Shown here piece by piece: positions 27,908 to 39,282 of a stretch of 64,000 nucleotides of DNA; the first letter of the stretch is position 1; each line of letters starts with the position of its first letter. Position numbers and translations under genes: made by a program. Source of the stretch: a virus. The stretch covers positions 1-64,000 of the IMG/VR virus record IMGVR_UViG_3300028490_000007. The stretch is one strand, 5' to 3'. The notes under the pieces are model-generated. The model made no database searches and had not been told where the DNA came from. It was given only the letters and a program-made list of their open reading frames with translations.

Positions 27908-28440
27908 TGTTTGTAAGAGCAACTACGGACGATACTAGACTTAAACTCTACAGGGATGTCCTTGCTGTGTTTAAGTCTATTCTTTCTTCTGGTCTTGAAG
28001 CATATGGTATAGATACCGAAGCAGTGATAATAAAAAACACTGTTGACAAGAATGTGAACAGAGCACCTCTTATAGTTTTAGAAAGAGGGGACATGCAGCA
28101 CGTTCCAAGATCGTTAATGTTCGGTGAAAAAATCACTGCAGACCTTGTCGCAGGAACTATGAATTCTCATACGGCACACATGATAGAATATCCTATCGAA
28201 ATAACGTGCTACGGAAACTCTTATCTTGAGAGTGAAAAGCTAGGTGGTCTTGCAATGGAAGCTATTCTGACAACAGGTTTAGCTATAATAAAGCAAATGC
28301 ACCCAAATATAATCGGCTCTGAGTTTATAGGTTGGGGTAAGTCCGGTCTAGTAGAGGGAAAAGACTCATCTCTTGTCTCTTGTACAGTGCTAGGTAAAGT
28401 ATTTCTCAAAATTGAGGGATACTATTCAATTCAAAATTAA
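27907..28440 (+). CDS. putative tail completion/terminator-like protein
   Basis: GTG start; PLIVLERG...IEITCYG...ESEKLG pattern. Confidence 0.4.
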   Translation: MFVRATTDDTRLKLYRDVLAVFKSILSSGLEAYGIDTEAVIIKNTVDKNVNRAPLIVLERGDMQHVPRSLMFGEKITADLVAGTMNSHTAHMIEYPIEITCYGNSYLESEKLGGLAMEAILTTGLAIIKQMHPNIIGSEFIGWGKSGLVEGKDSSLVSCTVLGKVFLKIEGYYSIQN

Positions 28441-28451
28441 AGGAACACGAA

Positions 28452-28823
28452 ATGAAAAAAGATATAAATGTAGCAGACTTGGTAGCTTCAGTTACTGACG
28501 AGCAAAATGAGAAAAAAGCACTTAACAAAACTGCTGGACTAGCTTCACTAAAAGAGCGTATGTCTGGAGGAACACTTTCTAAACATGCAGAAGATGCAAA
28601 AGTTGTAGCTGATGCGGTAGCTGATGAGATAGGTGTAAATTCACTTTCTTTGTCTCAACAACTCGAAAAAGTAGCCTCTGAAATGGAAGGTGCAAACTCA
28701 GTAGAGGACATTATCAAAATTGCATCGTCTTTAGACAACTCAGACTTGGCTCATATCTCAACTATCTCAGCAAAAATGGCTGACGTTGTATTTGCTGACC
28801 TTCAAAATAAACTAGAAGCATAA
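28452..28823 (+). CDS. putative scaffold/internal head protein with K-x-A motifs
   Basis: KTAG, KHAE, KVAS, KIAS, KMAD in 123 aa. Confidence 0.55.
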   Translation: MKKDINVADLVASVTDEQNEKKALNKTAGLASLKERMSGGTLSKHAEDAKVVADAVADEIGVNSLSLSQQLEKVASEMEGANSVEDIIKIASSLDNSDLAHISTISAKMADVVFADLQNKLEA

Positions 28824-28834
28824 GGAGATCCATC

Positions 28835-30661
28835 ATGGCATCAACTATATTAACAGGTAATGATTTCCTTACTAATAGTAACTTGGCTCTAGTTGGCCAA
28901 GATGGAAATGTGTCCATTAACAGAGTGCGTTCAAATGATTATGACGTTGCTCTTGTTTCAAGAGATGCATTCGACTTCACTACGGGTAATAAATCTGTCC
29001 GTTTTGTATTCAGCGTGGCTCCATATACAACTGCTGCAAGACCGGGTGTTTTCGGTGCCGGTGCAGTAGGTAGATTTGCAAGCCTTGTTGATGACGGAAC
29101 TTCTATTGAGTGGAAAGGTGATACTTTCAGTTCTCCTTGCCCAGGAACTCCAGATTGTCAAACTATGACAAAATACCAGTGTAATAAATACTACTCTGCA
29201 GATGCTTCAAGTTCACACTCTATCGTTAAGACAGGTCAGTGCTTTGGAACATCTGGCGACAATACTCATGGGCAACTAGATTTGACTACCGTTGAGACAA
29301 TAGAAGGTATCGCTTGTGGTAATGGGTTTACTGTAATCATGCGTAATACTGGAGTTGTTGAGGTTATCGGAAATGACCAAGGTGGGGACATTGTTGTTCC
29401 TGCATCATGTGTCACTTTTGATGAGAACGATAGACCCGTCTCTATTGTGGCAGGAGAAGACTTCTTTGTTGTGCTTAAGCGTGACGGTACAGTTGTGTCT
29501 GTTGGTTCTATTCTGACAACAGCATTCTCTACAATCGAAGAAACTATTGTTGAAATGTCAGCAGGTTCAAACTTTGTAGTTCTTCTGTCTTTATCTGGAC
29601 AGATCTTCAGTATCGGAGGAGCAGGAGCAAACGGTGAGTTAACTCCACCATCTATAAAGGCATTAAAGGTGTCTGCCAGTGCCAACAGAGCTGTTATTCT
29701 TGCAGAGAATGGTAATGTGTATGAATGGGGAGAAGGTCTTGCTGATGTCCAGCAGGTTCAATCTATTCCATCTGGCTCACAAGTTATAGATGTTATTGCA
29801 GGGGAAAGCTTTTCCATGGCAGTCCTTAAAGATAGATCTGTTGTTATCTCAGGTTCTGTGCCTGCATATCTTTCTGACATTACAGGAGAGAAGAGTGGTA
29901 ATGCTGAGAGTATTTCTGAAATGGATGATGCCTACGACATGTTCCCTATGCTTAGAAATATAACGGGCGTGAACATCATGGCAGGAGTTCAAGAAGATAA
30001 TCTTGATAGCACTTATCACAAATATGTAGCACCAGATAATACGGTTAAACCTATCGTTGTAGGAAGAGACGGATTTAGTTCTGTATTTACAGGTATACGT
30101 GGTGGCTTCAAAGGTGCTATTATTGCTAAGACAGACAATGGTGGAGATATGTGTTTTGACCTTAGAGGTTCAGAATACGACCCTTACACAGCAACAGGTC
30201 ACTTACCAATTTCAACTGACTTTATCACATCAAATGCGGCAGAGAAATATGAGGTTATAATCTCATTCAGTCCATTTGGTAAGATGATTAAGTTCAGAAA
30301 AGTAAGTGGTGAATATGCTCAAGATATGCCGTTCAAACATTTATCTGTTGAAGAGACAGGATATTCTGCAGGTCGTGTAGCCTTATACGTTAGAAATGCA
30401 AAGGACTTCGTTCTTGATTTTGCAGAAGTTACAGATGAGATAAATGCATCTATTCTTCCTGCTGACATACTGTATAGGGATATGGATACTGCGGTATTAC
30501 ACACTCAGGCTGCAGAGCTAGTAGTTGACTTGGCTGATGCTGTGGAAACTATTGGTGACGCTGTTACTAAGTCATCTGAGACTGTACGTTCTCTTAATGC
30601 GAACTACAAACAAAACTTGGCTGATATTTTCTCAAGACTTGAGACACTAGAGGCAAACTAA
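28835..30661 (+). CDS. RCC1/BLIP-II repeat (beta-propeller) virion protein
   Basis: GDNTHGQL, IACGNGFTV, IVAGEDFFVVLKRDGTV, MSAGSNFVV, VSASANRAV, VIAGESFSMAV repeats; C-terminal coiled coil. Confidence 0.75.
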   Translation: MASTILTGNDFLTNSNLALVGQDGNVSINRVRSNDYDVALVSRDAFDFTTGNKSVRFVFSVAPYTTAARPGVFGAGAVGRFASLVDDGTSIEWKGDTFSSPCPGTPDCQTMTKYQCNKYYSADASSSHSIVKTGQCFGTSGDNTHGQLDLTTVETIEGIACGNGFTVIMRNTGVVEVIGNDQGGDIVVPASCVTFDENDRPVSIVAGEDFFVVLKRDGTVVSVGSILTTAFSTIEETIVEMSAGSNFVVLLSLSGQIFSIGGAGANGELTPPSIKALKVSASANRAVILAENGNVYEWGEGLADVQQVQSIPSGSQVIDVIAGESFSMAVLKDRSVVISGSVPAYLSDITGEKSGNAESISEMDDAYDMFPMLRNITGVNIMAGVQEDNLDSTYHKYVAPDNTVKPIVVGRDGFSSVFTGIRGGFKGAIIAKTDNGGDMCFDLRGSEYDPYTATGHLPISTDFITSNAAEKYEVIISFSPFGKMIKFRKVSGEYAQDMPFKHLSVEETGYSAGRVALYVRNAKDFVLDFAEVTDEINASILPADILYRDMDTAVLHTQAAELVVDLADAVETIGDAVTKSSETVRSLNANYKQNLADIFSRLETLEAN

Positions 30662-33600
30662 TGGGTATCGATAACGACTGGTTACTAGAAAACTTATCTG
30701 GAAGCTACTCTCTCGGTGCAGTAGATGATGCTGTTGACTCGCTTATTGGCGAGTACGACACGCTCATCGACAAAATAACTGATGATAAAAGAAACTATAT
30801 GCTGGAGGCTGTAAGCACTATGAAAGAAAAGATAATTACTTCGAGGGTCGAAAATGTACTTGAATTGATCGACTCGACACAATTTACGGATGGCGATGAA
30901 TTCAGGGTCATAGGAACGGGTATTACCGTTACGGCACGAAAGTATATCGATGGAGAGACAGGAAGCCCTGCATGGACCATAGAAAAGATAGAGCAAGCAA
31001 TGAGTGGTTCTTTCGAGGAAGTTTCAAAAATAGAGACTGCTGCAGTACCAGGTGGGTATTCTAGTGTCTCTAACTCTATGACCAAGAAAGACTTGGCGGA
31101 GACTAGGAATGCTATTGCATCAAACACGGATACAATTACTGTTCCTTTTGCAGAACTTGAGACAGTCGCTACTTCTGACGGGTATTCCATACTTGACATA
31201 TCTACTTTCATTACGAGGTATATCCCGGCACTCACAGAAGGTCAGATAGATCTCGTAAAGCTTAATATAGCATCAGAGCTGAAAAGTGTAAAAGTGTCTG
31301 TGTCTAATGTATCCTTTATTGAACACAATATGACAGATGGTGAGCTTAAGGGGTCTGGGTCTAAGATTACAGACTATACAGAGACAACAGCAGCCTCGTC
31401 AGCATCTCCGTATAGTGATACTCTACATGTTGTGCTTAACTATGCAGATGACTATGTAGTTAATGTAGGTGGAGTTGACTACACATATTCTGCATCAGAC
31501 TTTGAAACAGCAGAAGATGTTGCAGCAGGCATAGAAGGTGAGCTTGGAAACGATACTTCTCTAAACGTATCTACAGATACAGGATATTGGTCTAAAGTGT
31601 TTCAGAACGGAAACGGAGATAGAGTCTTTGGTTGGTATGCTGAAAATACAGATGATGGTGTTTCTTATGAAGTTCAAATGATAGTCCCTACTGGTGTAGC
31701 TGACTTTGGCATAGAGCAAGATGGTGTAAATCCAGAAAAAATAATAATCACTTTCGAGCATGATGGTTTTGATCCTGTGTATCCACCTATTGCAGATATC
31801 AGGGATGCCGTAAATGCTTTTGCCGATGTGGATATTAGAGTCGTAGTTATGCCAGGGTTCTCTGATGGCGACGAGTATAATACTGCAGACAATGTAACTC
31901 TTGAGCAAGGTGCTTCCAAGATAGTTATAGAGTCAGCTCAACAGCAAACCATAACTGTATCTACAGCCAAAGCCCACAAGACAAAATTAGTTCACAATAC
32001 GGACTTCTCTGCAGCTACAGCACAGATAGGGGTGTTCGAGGTCGTAAAGTTCAACCCTACAAACACATACTCTGTAACTATTGGTGGACAGCAATTAGAT
32101 TTAGACCCGTCAGCAAATGGCAATGAGTCAGTTGTAGATGAGACGTCTCTTGCTCAAAAAATTGCGTCTATGGTTAATGCTGCGGCACTAGGTGTAGTTG
32201 CATCATCTACTGGAACAATAGTTACTATAGTGGTATCATCTGCAGGCTCTACTATTACAGTGTCTAACTCAGGAGAATTCAATTATGTGCAGCCTATAAG
32301 TAGAGACACATTGCTTAGATATGACATCAGAAACATTCCTAATGTTAATGCATCTACAATATCTCAATTAAGAAAATCAGGTAATGTGGTAACATCAAAA
32401 GGAGAGCCTTTAAATAAAACTGATGTGAGCAAATTATCAACTTCAGGGATCGTGTACAGTGACTCATTTATTATGTTTCCACAAGTTCCTACTCTTGTAG
32501 ACGAGACAGAGAATTTCGTGCAGAAGATTGGAAGATCAGCAGTTGCACTTGAGCAGACAGTCAAGATAGAGAAAGAGAAAATAGCTACTGCAGGAGATCT
32601 TGTTTCTCCGATAGTTAGAAGTATGGCTAAGCCATTATTTCCACTTTACTCAACAGATCAAGCAAAGTCTAGTAGATGGTTCTTTGTTGAAGCAGGGGCA
32701 AACAGTTTGGCGGCAAGGTCAACGATAGGTATCGCATTGTCTACGATAGCTCCAAAAGATTACGAGAAGCTTGTGTTGAAAGATGATAACGCTACATTCT
32801 CGTCAGTAAGAGAAAAAAGACTTCCTAGTGTAGGGCAGAACTATGAGTCTATCATCAGTCTACTTTCCGAGAAGACACAATCATATAATGCAAGTGGGCA
32901 GAAAGCAATTATTCCTATCCCCTCAGATATCGTTTCGTCGAACATGATTGACATAATAGAGGCATACCTAACTAAAGTACAACTTGATGGCTTTATTAAG
33001 TTTGCCTTGCTTCCTCAAATAGTTTCCGGTGACGAGTTTATGAAGATGGACAAACTGAAGGCTGAAGTAGCCAGTATCTTTTCAACACTAGATCTTGTTG
33101 GCACGATTGTCTCAGTGAGCGATAAATATAGAGTGGTTGTTGACTTTGAAGATTTGGAGCCAGATGTGTGGGCTATTAGAGATGCTTTCACCGGCACAAC
33201 TTTTGAAGTTGAGCATGTTGTTCCTGACTTTACATGGGAGACAAAAGCTCCATTCCCTTCAACGGACATAATAGAGCACACAGGTACAAGATATGTAATC
33301 AAGCCTGAGATAATGAATAGCTTTATTATACTAAAAGACCCAGACTCATTATACAAGGCTCTTCTTGAGCTTACCATACAGATAGACGACTCTCTTATGG
33401 AGCAAAGGTTTATAGCACTAGCAGGGTCGTACGTCATTGATGCCTCTAAGGTATTAGAACTGTATGCAGATGAACTGTTCGCATCGTATGTGTTTGGTGT
33501 AAACGAGGCCGAGACTCCTCCTGAAAACAACTACGGGCTTGGGGGCATCCCAATAGATGCTACTGTGACAATGAGTAAGCTTTACTTTAGAAACATGCGT

Positions 33601-34833
33601 AACCAGGCATTGCCAAAGCCTGAGAAAAGATATGCAATGTCAACAGAGCTTACTCTACAGAACTATACCAAGCACCTGTATAGAAAAGTGCATATTGGTG
33701 ATGTTGACTCAAGAGTTGATATTCCATGGAGAGCTGTACTTACAAGAAGAGTATATTCCGGCAGAAAGTGGGTAAATGTTACAACTCTTGGGAACAAGAC
33801 TGAAGAGACCATAAACAGTTTTCACATAGAGATAAATAGTGACAGCCCAGTCGAAGATAGAGTATATAGAGAAATAGCTAGAACCGGATATTTCTCATCA
33901 AATATAGACCTTGGACTAAACCACTTGTCAACTGGAATTTCAACAGAATTTAAAGACTCTGTTTGGAATATACTTATTGATGCTATAGAGATAGCAGACG
34001 ATGGATCTATTGTGTCCATTAACAGTGCTAAGTCATACCTTCAAGCATTGTATCAAGGGTTTGAGCGAATGACGCAGGAGCAGTTTGGTACACTTCTCCT
34101 TGGTAGGAGTGCGTATTTTGAGTTGGAAGACGAGGAGCAAGACGACATATATAGTCCAATCACGACTTTATTCCTAAAGATCCTCTTATACTTCAAAGAT
34201 AAAAAAGCAACCATAGCATACGCTAACTGGAATGCTGAGTTTGATAAGATACTAGGTCTACTGTTTATGGATGATGAGTTTGAAGAAGAAATTCTTTCAT
34301 ATGAGGCATTCCTTCTTTGGGTTGGAGCCATGGGTGCAATGTCTGCATTCTCATGGGAAAGCTCATTGAGTACAGATATCCTAGCTATTGCTGGGTCGGT
34401 AGATATGGACGGATATAAAGAAGCGATACTGAGAGTGGAGACGGCTATGGCTCCAGACTTTGAAAGTGTCAATGAAAATAGTTATAGTACGACAATATCT
34501 ATGTCCAATGTTGATGGGTTCATAATTCCGACCATAAACATAGTAGCAATAAATGTTGCTCCTGTGGCAGATGCTGGACCTGACAAAACAGGTACAACAA
34601 GTGTAACTTTTGAGTTGAATGGATCTGCAAGTACAGATGCTAACACACTAGACACTTTAACCTACATATGGACTATAGAAACAGACCCTTCGTCTGGAAC
34701 TGACAGTATTGTCAATTCCGGAGAAAAGATAGCGAGCTTCACTCCTAGTACAGCAGGGACTTACACAATTAAACTTGTTGTTAGCGACGGAACTCTAAGC
34801 AGTGAAGATACTGCAACATATACAATCTCATAA
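30661..34833 (+). CDS. large structural protein with C-terminal PKD/Ig-like domain
   Basis: NVAPVADAGPD...LNGSASTD...TYIW...FTPSTAGTYTIKLVVSDG; 1390 aa. Confidence 0.7.
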   Translation: MGIDNDWLLENLSGSYSLGAVDDAVDSLIGEYDTLIDKITDDKRNYMLEAVSTMKEKIITSRVENVLELIDSTQFTDGDEFRVIGTGITVTARKYIDGETGSPAWTIEKIEQAMSGSFEEVSKIETAAVPGGYSSVSNSMTKKDLAETRNAIASNTDTITVPFAELETVATSDGYSILDISTFITRYIPALTEGQIDLVKLNIASELKSVKVSVSNVSFIEHNMTDGELKGSGSKITDYTETTAASSASPYSDTLHVVLNYADDYVVNVGGVDYTYSASDFETAEDVAAGIEGELGNDTSLNVSTDTGYWSKVFQNGNGDRVFGWYAENTDDGVSYEVQMIVPTGVADFGIEQDGVNPEKIIITFEHDGFDPVYPPIADIRDAVNAFADVDIRVVVMPGFSDGDEYNTADNVTLEQGASKIVIESAQQQTITVSTAKAHKTKLVHNTDFSAATAQIGVFEVVKFNPTNTYSVTIGGQQLDLDPSANGNESVVDETSLAQKIASMVNAAALGVVASSTGTIVTIVVSSAGSTITVSNSGEFNYVQPISRDTLLRYDIRNIPNVNASTISQLRKSGNVVTSKGEPLNKTDVSKLSTSGIVYSDSFIMFPQVPTLVDETENFVQKIGRSAVALEQTVKIEKEKIATAGDLVSPIVRSMAKPLFPLYSTDQAKSSRWFFVEAGANSLAARSTIGIALSTIAPKDYEKLVLKDDNATFSSVREKRLPSVGQNYESIISLLSEKTQSYNASGQKAIIPIPSDIVSSNMIDIIEAYLTKVQLDGFIKFALLPQIVSGDEFMKMDKLKAEVASIFSTLDLVGTIVSVSDKYRVVVDFEDLEPDVWAIRDAFTGTTFEVEHVVPDFTWETKAPFPSTDIIEHTGTRYVIKPEIMNSFIILKDPDSLYKALLELTIQIDDSLMEQRFIALAGSYVIDASKVLELYADELFASYVFGVNEAETPPENNYGLGGIPIDATVTMSKLYFRNMRNQALPKPEKRYAMSTELTLQNYTKHLYRKVHIGDVDSRVDIPWRAVLTRRVYSGRKWVNVTTLGNKTEETINSFHIEINSDSPVEDRVYREIARTGYFSSNIDLGLNHLSTGISTEFKDSVWNILIDAIEIADDGSIVSINSAKSYLQALYQGFERMTQEQFGTLLLGRSAYFELEDEEQDDIYSPITTLFLKILLYFKDKKATIAYANWNAEFDKILGLLFMDDEFEEEILSYEAFLLWVGAMGAMSAFSWESSLSTDILAIAGSVDMDGYKEAILRVETAMAPDFESVNENSYSTTISMSNVDGFIIPTINIVAINVAPVADAGPDKTGTTSVTFELNGSASTDANTLDTLTYIWTIETDPSSGTDSIVNSGEKIASFTPSTAGTYTIKLVVSDGTLSSEDTATYTIS

Positions 34834-34843
34834 GGAGTAAGTA

Positions 34844-35068
34844 GTGAAATATAAAAAACAGGTGGGGCTAGTAACTCACCCGGAACTCAGAGATTTATCC
34901 AAGACAAAAACCTTATTCGTTGATGGAGTTTCTGCTGCACGTATGGCTCTTGACTCAAAGGATGCCCTTGTCCACGGAGACGTTACAGGAATGTGCGACT
35001 TTCTCCTAGCAAAGGGACACACCAAGCGACTTTATGATATGATTGCAGACGTAACTATATCACATTAA
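34844..35068 (+). CDS. hypothetical protein
   Basis: AAGGAG RBS, GTG start. Confidence 0.6.
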   Translation: MKYKKQVGLVTHPELRDLSKTKTLFVDGVSAARMALDSKDALVHGDVTGMCDFLLAKGHTKRLYDMIADVTISH

Positions 35069-35077
35069 GGAGAAAAA

Positions 35078-35278
35078 ATGGATTTCCACACTATGTCATG
35101 CACGAAGCTGAGAGGCTTTTTGGAAGGCAAGCGAACCGAATGGTTTACTGACAATATCACACTTACTGATCTTCAACTTATAAAGAGAAGAATGTATCAG
35201 TGTAGCCCACAAGTGTATGCAAAGATGAGTAGATTTTTTGGCTTTGTTGAACACAATATAGCGAGAAAGAGAAAATGA
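35078..35278 (+). CDS. hypothetical protein
   Basis: AAGGAG RBS. Confidence 0.6.
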   Translation: MDFHTMSCTKLRGFLEGKRTEWFTDNITLTDLQLIKRRMYQCSPQVYAKMSRFFGFVEHNIARKRK

Positions 35279-35490
35279 GATGGCTTCGTGAGAAATTAAA
35301 TCCTGTATCTAAAACAACATCTATACATTCTCAAATGTATGTATTTGATGAGCACACGGAGGCAACTGTATATGCAGACCTTATGACGCAAATAGAGCAG
35401 AGTCCAAATCTGGAACTTGTAAAAGAAGAAGAGAATTGGGATCAAACAGGTATTCTTACGAAGATTGTAACATATAGAAGAAGGAGCTGA
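35275..35490 (+). CDS. hypothetical protein
   Basis: ATGA overlap. Confidence 0.6.
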   Translation: MRWLREKLNPVSKTTSIHSQMYVFDEHTEATVYADLMTQIEQSPNLELVKEEENWDQTGILTKIVTYRRRS

Positions 35491-35491
35491 C

Positions 35492-35821
35492 ATGGCCAAG
35501 AGTGACTTAACTAAACTTGAGATTTCTGGAGTGCTGAGAAAAATGCATATCTTTAATTCATTAGACATAGAGACTGGTTTAATAGAGGGCAAGACAGATA
35601 GTATCAGGAAGTCACACAGGGTAGGGCTCAACACCTTTGCAAGCGGTGGATACAATGAGAAATTCGGTATCGACATGATGAATAAGATTGTTGGAGGGAA
35701 TGGCATCATAGCTGTATCTGCAACAAGAGGTCTCGACTTCGCTATATTCACAATAGACATAAAGTCTGTCTTTGATGACAGAACACTACAAATTAAATAC
35801 CCACACGGAGGATATAAATAA
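35492..35821 (+). CDS. hypothetical protein
   Basis: AAGGAG RBS, tight packing. Confidence 0.6.
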   Translation: MAKSDLTKLEISGVLRKMHIFNSLDIETGLIEGKTDSIRKSHRVGLNTFASGGYNEKFGIDMMNKIVGGNGIIAVSATRGLDFAIFTIDIKSVFDDRTLQIKYPHGGYK

Positions 35822-36501
35822 TGGCAAATATTGTTATAAATGCAGGTGTTTCTAAGATATACAAGAATAAAGCTTCTGGTATAGCTTCAGCACTTAAAGG
35901 GAAAAGTATTATTGGGTTCATGGATGTGAGACCAGTAAAATACAAAAACAAGACAAAGCACATAGCCGGTCTAAGATATGATAAAAATGAGAGAACATTT
36001 TTCCTCACCTCCCCAAAGAGAGCTGACGCTGTAAATATTGGTGTCTTTATTTCTACATATGACCTTGAACTTGTTCACGGTAAGATTATGGCAAAAGAGG
36101 AGCTTCGTGATGTGTACGAGCTTCCGTCTGTGTCGGCCAAGTTTGAAAGAGGTGGATATGATAAAGAAATGGAAGCTGCACCCGGAGAGCGAACAGTAAA
36201 CGTGCAGCCAAAAAAAGTAAACCTTAAGATCATAGTTGCAACTGCAACAGACAGGCTTATCTTGAGAAACTCCAAGGGGTTTATTTTCACTTGTGACTTC
36301 AAAGATGGAAAATGGTATACATTGCGACCTGGGACAAAAAAAGCTACAATATACAATATGAAAACAGACGACTTAGAAAGTGCCAGTGTATTTAGAGACT
36401 CTCTACCTTTCCCTGCACTTGACAGAAAGCTGTTCGACAACTCATCTATGCTTGAATTTGAAGATTTCGACATGGATAAGCACATCAAAGAAAACGTGTA
36501 A
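35821..36501 (+). CDS. hypothetical basic protein
   Basis: 226 aa, TAATG coupling. Confidence 0.65.
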   Translation: MANIVINAGVSKIYKNKASGIASALKGKSIIGFMDVRPVKYKNKTKHIAGLRYDKNERTFFLTSPKRADAVNIGVFISTYDLELVHGKIMAKEELRDVYELPSVSAKFERGGYDKEMEAAPGERTVNVQPKKVNLKIIVATATDRLILRNSKGFIFTCDFKDGKWYTLRPGTKKATIYNMKTDDLESASVFRDSLPFPALDRKLFDNSSMLEFEDFDMDKHIKENV

Positions 36502-36513
36502 CAGGAGACAATT

Positions 36514-37905
36514 ATGGCAAGGAATTTCGACTTTAAAAAGTATAAAGCTATCGTAGATTATATTCAGGGGTCAACTGGTGGAATAACCACATCAATAGAC
36601 AACCTCCTTAAGGGGAGCATTGAACTAAGAAGAAATTCCGTAGCTTCTATTGTTAAGTACAGTACGTCAATCAAAGAGGTTGTTATCGGGAGACTGACAT
36701 CAACCATCAGGACTGACATATGGGCTTCCTCTGGTGATATAAAGCTTGCAGTTATCGCAGGTACTACAGTATCATTTGAGGAAGACTATAAATATGAGCC
36801 TGACTCTATGTTGCCATCATCCATAAACCCAAGCATACTTAATGCTATTGGTGAGAAGTTTGTAAGGAAGAGTAGTGGAGAAATTGTCCTTCAGAGAGAA
36901 TATTCTCCATCAGTAACAACTTTTGCAGACGGTGATATTCCAAGCATTCTCTTCCTAAAGGAAAATTATGTAACGAAACAAGATGGAACTTTCTATGGAA
37001 AGGTGATCTTAGCCTCTGACTCTAAGAGTAACCGGAAGTCTGCAGTAAATGGAATTATAGCCGAGAAACTATCTGGGACCTCAAAAGAAAAAAAAGAAAT
37101 GCGTACCTATTCAAAAAAGGTGTTGTCCAACTTTTTTGATGTTGCAGATAACGGAAAGATATCAATGTCGTCAAATCCAACAGCTCTCGTTGTTGGACCA
37201 GGTGTTGTGCTATCAGATGCACCTACAGAGAAGTCATTAATCACGTCTAGTAACATTTACAGTGCAGCAGTGAGAAAAGACCTCTCAAACATGACTCCTT
37301 GTGTCATGGAAACAAGTGGAGTAGGGATAGATAAAGTATTAACAGAAGACGATGCTATGGTTGATATATTATCAATAGGTACAATTACAGAAGATGTTCA
37401 TACTCTTCCTAAAGACTGTCAGCCGGGGTACACGACTTCTATAATTCACGCCTCGATTGAAGATATGTCAAACAACTCTGTTCTTGATAAGTATGGTGTG
37501 ATTGAAATGGAAGGAATACTAAACTTAGATAAAGAGCAGTTTAGACCTACTGAAGCTGTCTCTATGTTTACTAGGCTATTTGCCTTGACGCCTCTAGGAC
37601 ACACTCCTGCCCAAGAAGATGTTGTTAAAGCTCGTGGAAAAACAGCATCTACAATAAAGCTCGTTTATGAAATGGTTGCATCTAGGCTACTTATAGAAAA
37701 CAGAGGCTTGTTTATTGACAATAGAGAATACTTAAATCAAGTAGCCATATCATCACTGTTGTTAAAGCCTACATCGTCCCCGGAATTCAATAGACGACCA
37801 GTATTGCAGTCTCTAGTTAACGACATAGCAACTGTCAGAGATCTATCTGACATGCTGAATGGCATCACCTCTTCTACTTCCACTGGAAAAGTAAGGAGTT
37901 GGTAG
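36514..37905 (+). CDS. hypothetical protein
   Basis: 463 aa, AGGAG RBS. Confidence 0.7.
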   Translation: MARNFDFKKYKAIVDYIQGSTGGITTSIDNLLKGSIELRRNSVASIVKYSTSIKEVVIGRLTSTIRTDIWASSGDIKLAVIAGTTVSFEEDYKYEPDSMLPSSINPSILNAIGEKFVRKSSGEIVLQREYSPSVTTFADGDIPSILFLKENYVTKQDGTFYGKVILASDSKSNRKSAVNGIIAEKLSGTSKEKKEMRTYSKKVLSNFFDVADNGKISMSSNPTALVVGPGVVLSDAPTEKSLITSSNIYSAAVRKDLSNMTPCVMETSGVGIDKVLTEDDAMVDILSIGTITEDVHTLPKDCQPGYTTSIIHASIEDMSNNSVLDKYGVIEMEGILNLDKEQFRPTEAVSMFTRLFALTPLGHTPAQEDVVKARGKTASTIKLVYEMVASRLLIENRGLFIDNREYLNQVAISSLLLKPTSSPEFNRRPVLQSLVNDIATVRDLSDMLNGITSSTSTGKVRSW

Positions 37906-39282
37906 ATGGCTTTCTTGGAAGATGTGCTCACCCCCATGCTGGGAATATATACAATTACTGCAAGGTCTGAGTTTAATGGATTTGCCCAATGGTATACTAT
38001 TAACGTAGAGCGTTCTCCAAGTTCAGAGTTTGCGGCACCAGAGGGATATATTATGACATCCTCAAACGAAGTAATCAGTACGGCAGGAGTAGCGTTAATA
38101 GAGACTTATGTACCAAAAATGATACTAGATATACAGAAGCTAATTCTTGTACTTCCCAGTCAAGATGCAAAGCCTGACAGCGGACCGACATCAAAGGTTC
38201 CAGTGTTCTCATATGTAGACGCTGCTGATATTGCAGACCATGCTTTAAATATCCCTTATGTTCTTAATGCCCTACTTACTAAAGTCGGGTCTGAGGCAGG
38301 AGTTACAATGTCTTCTTCTCTCCAACAGACATATATATTGTTTGGTCAATACTTTGTAGTCCCACCGTATACGATAACATATATGCTACAAGTAAGCAGG
38401 CTTACTCCTATGAGTGCTATGGGGACAATATATCAAGGGCTAGGACTTGTCCTTAAGCAACAGACTGGAGGGGAATTCGTTCTTACTGACTTGACAACAC
38501 TAATGGGTGGTCCAGCCACTTCTGTGAGTAGTGGTAATATCGTGTCGGTTACTTCTGGGTACGACTTTACGAGAATACCAAAGACGCAATCTATTCACTT
38601 TGATGCCGGTGGAGACATAACAGATACCGACTTAACAAAGAGACAAGATGCCGAAGCTATTGGAAACGCAGACTTGGAGAGCCACAGTAATTATGCCAAC
38701 AACCATTTGCTTACCAGAGGTACAGCAGGAGCTGCCGTTTCGGTAGCTGTAGGATCTGATGCTCATATGGTTCAAGAACCAGTGCCTCTTCTTATGACCG
38801 CAGGGCTAAAAGATATTATCCCAGACGGTGATGGTAAAGCTACTATATCACTAGGTGATGTAGAAAAGGTAGTACAGCTTGAGCGTATAAAGAAGGTCAA
38901 TGACCAACTGTTTGCTAAGGTTGACATGAATGCTACAGAAGAAGAATGGAACTATGCTGCGGCTAAAGTTGTACTTGTTGCCTTGTTTATGGAGAAACTA
39001 CAAGCTATAATGAGTCTAAAGATATTAATGGCATCATCGTCCAAAACAGCAGTTGTAGATGATACTCTTGTTGAAGCATATGGAAATATTGAGTTCTCTG
39101 ATGGAGAAGTATCCCTTCAGAAGGCTGTAATAAGCAATACGGGGGTGGAACAAGTTACTGAAGAGGGGAATTTGGCAGACCACGGATTTGTCATCGGAGT
39201 AACTCTGGTACTACAAGCAGGACTTCAGACATCAACAGTATCCTATGTAAACTTATCAGAAGCATATGAAGGAATTTTTTAA
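37906..39282 (+). CDS. hypothetical protein, possibly tail/baseplate hub-like
   Basis: 458 aa; function inferred only from context. Confidence 0.5.
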   Translation: MAFLEDVLTPMLGIYTITARSEFNGFAQWYTINVERSPSSEFAAPEGYIMTSSNEVISTAGVALIETYVPKMILDIQKLILVLPSQDAKPDSGPTSKVPVFSYVDAADIADHALNIPYVLNALLTKVGSEAGVTMSSSLQQTYILFGQYFVVPPYTITYMLQVSRLTPMSAMGTIYQGLGLVLKQQTGGEFVLTDLTTLMGGPATSVSSGNIVSVTSGYDFTRIPKTQSIHFDAGGDITDTDLTKRQDAEAIGNADLESHSNYANNHLLTRGTAGAAVSVAVGSDAHMVQEPVPLLMTAGLKDIIPDGDGKATISLGDVEKVVQLERIKKVNDQLFAKVDMNATEEEWNYAAAKVVLVALFMEKLQAIMSLKILMASSSKTAVVDDTLVEAYGNIEFSDGEVSLQKAVISNTGVEQVTEEGNLADHGFVIGVTLVLQAGLQTSTVSYVNLSEAYEGIF

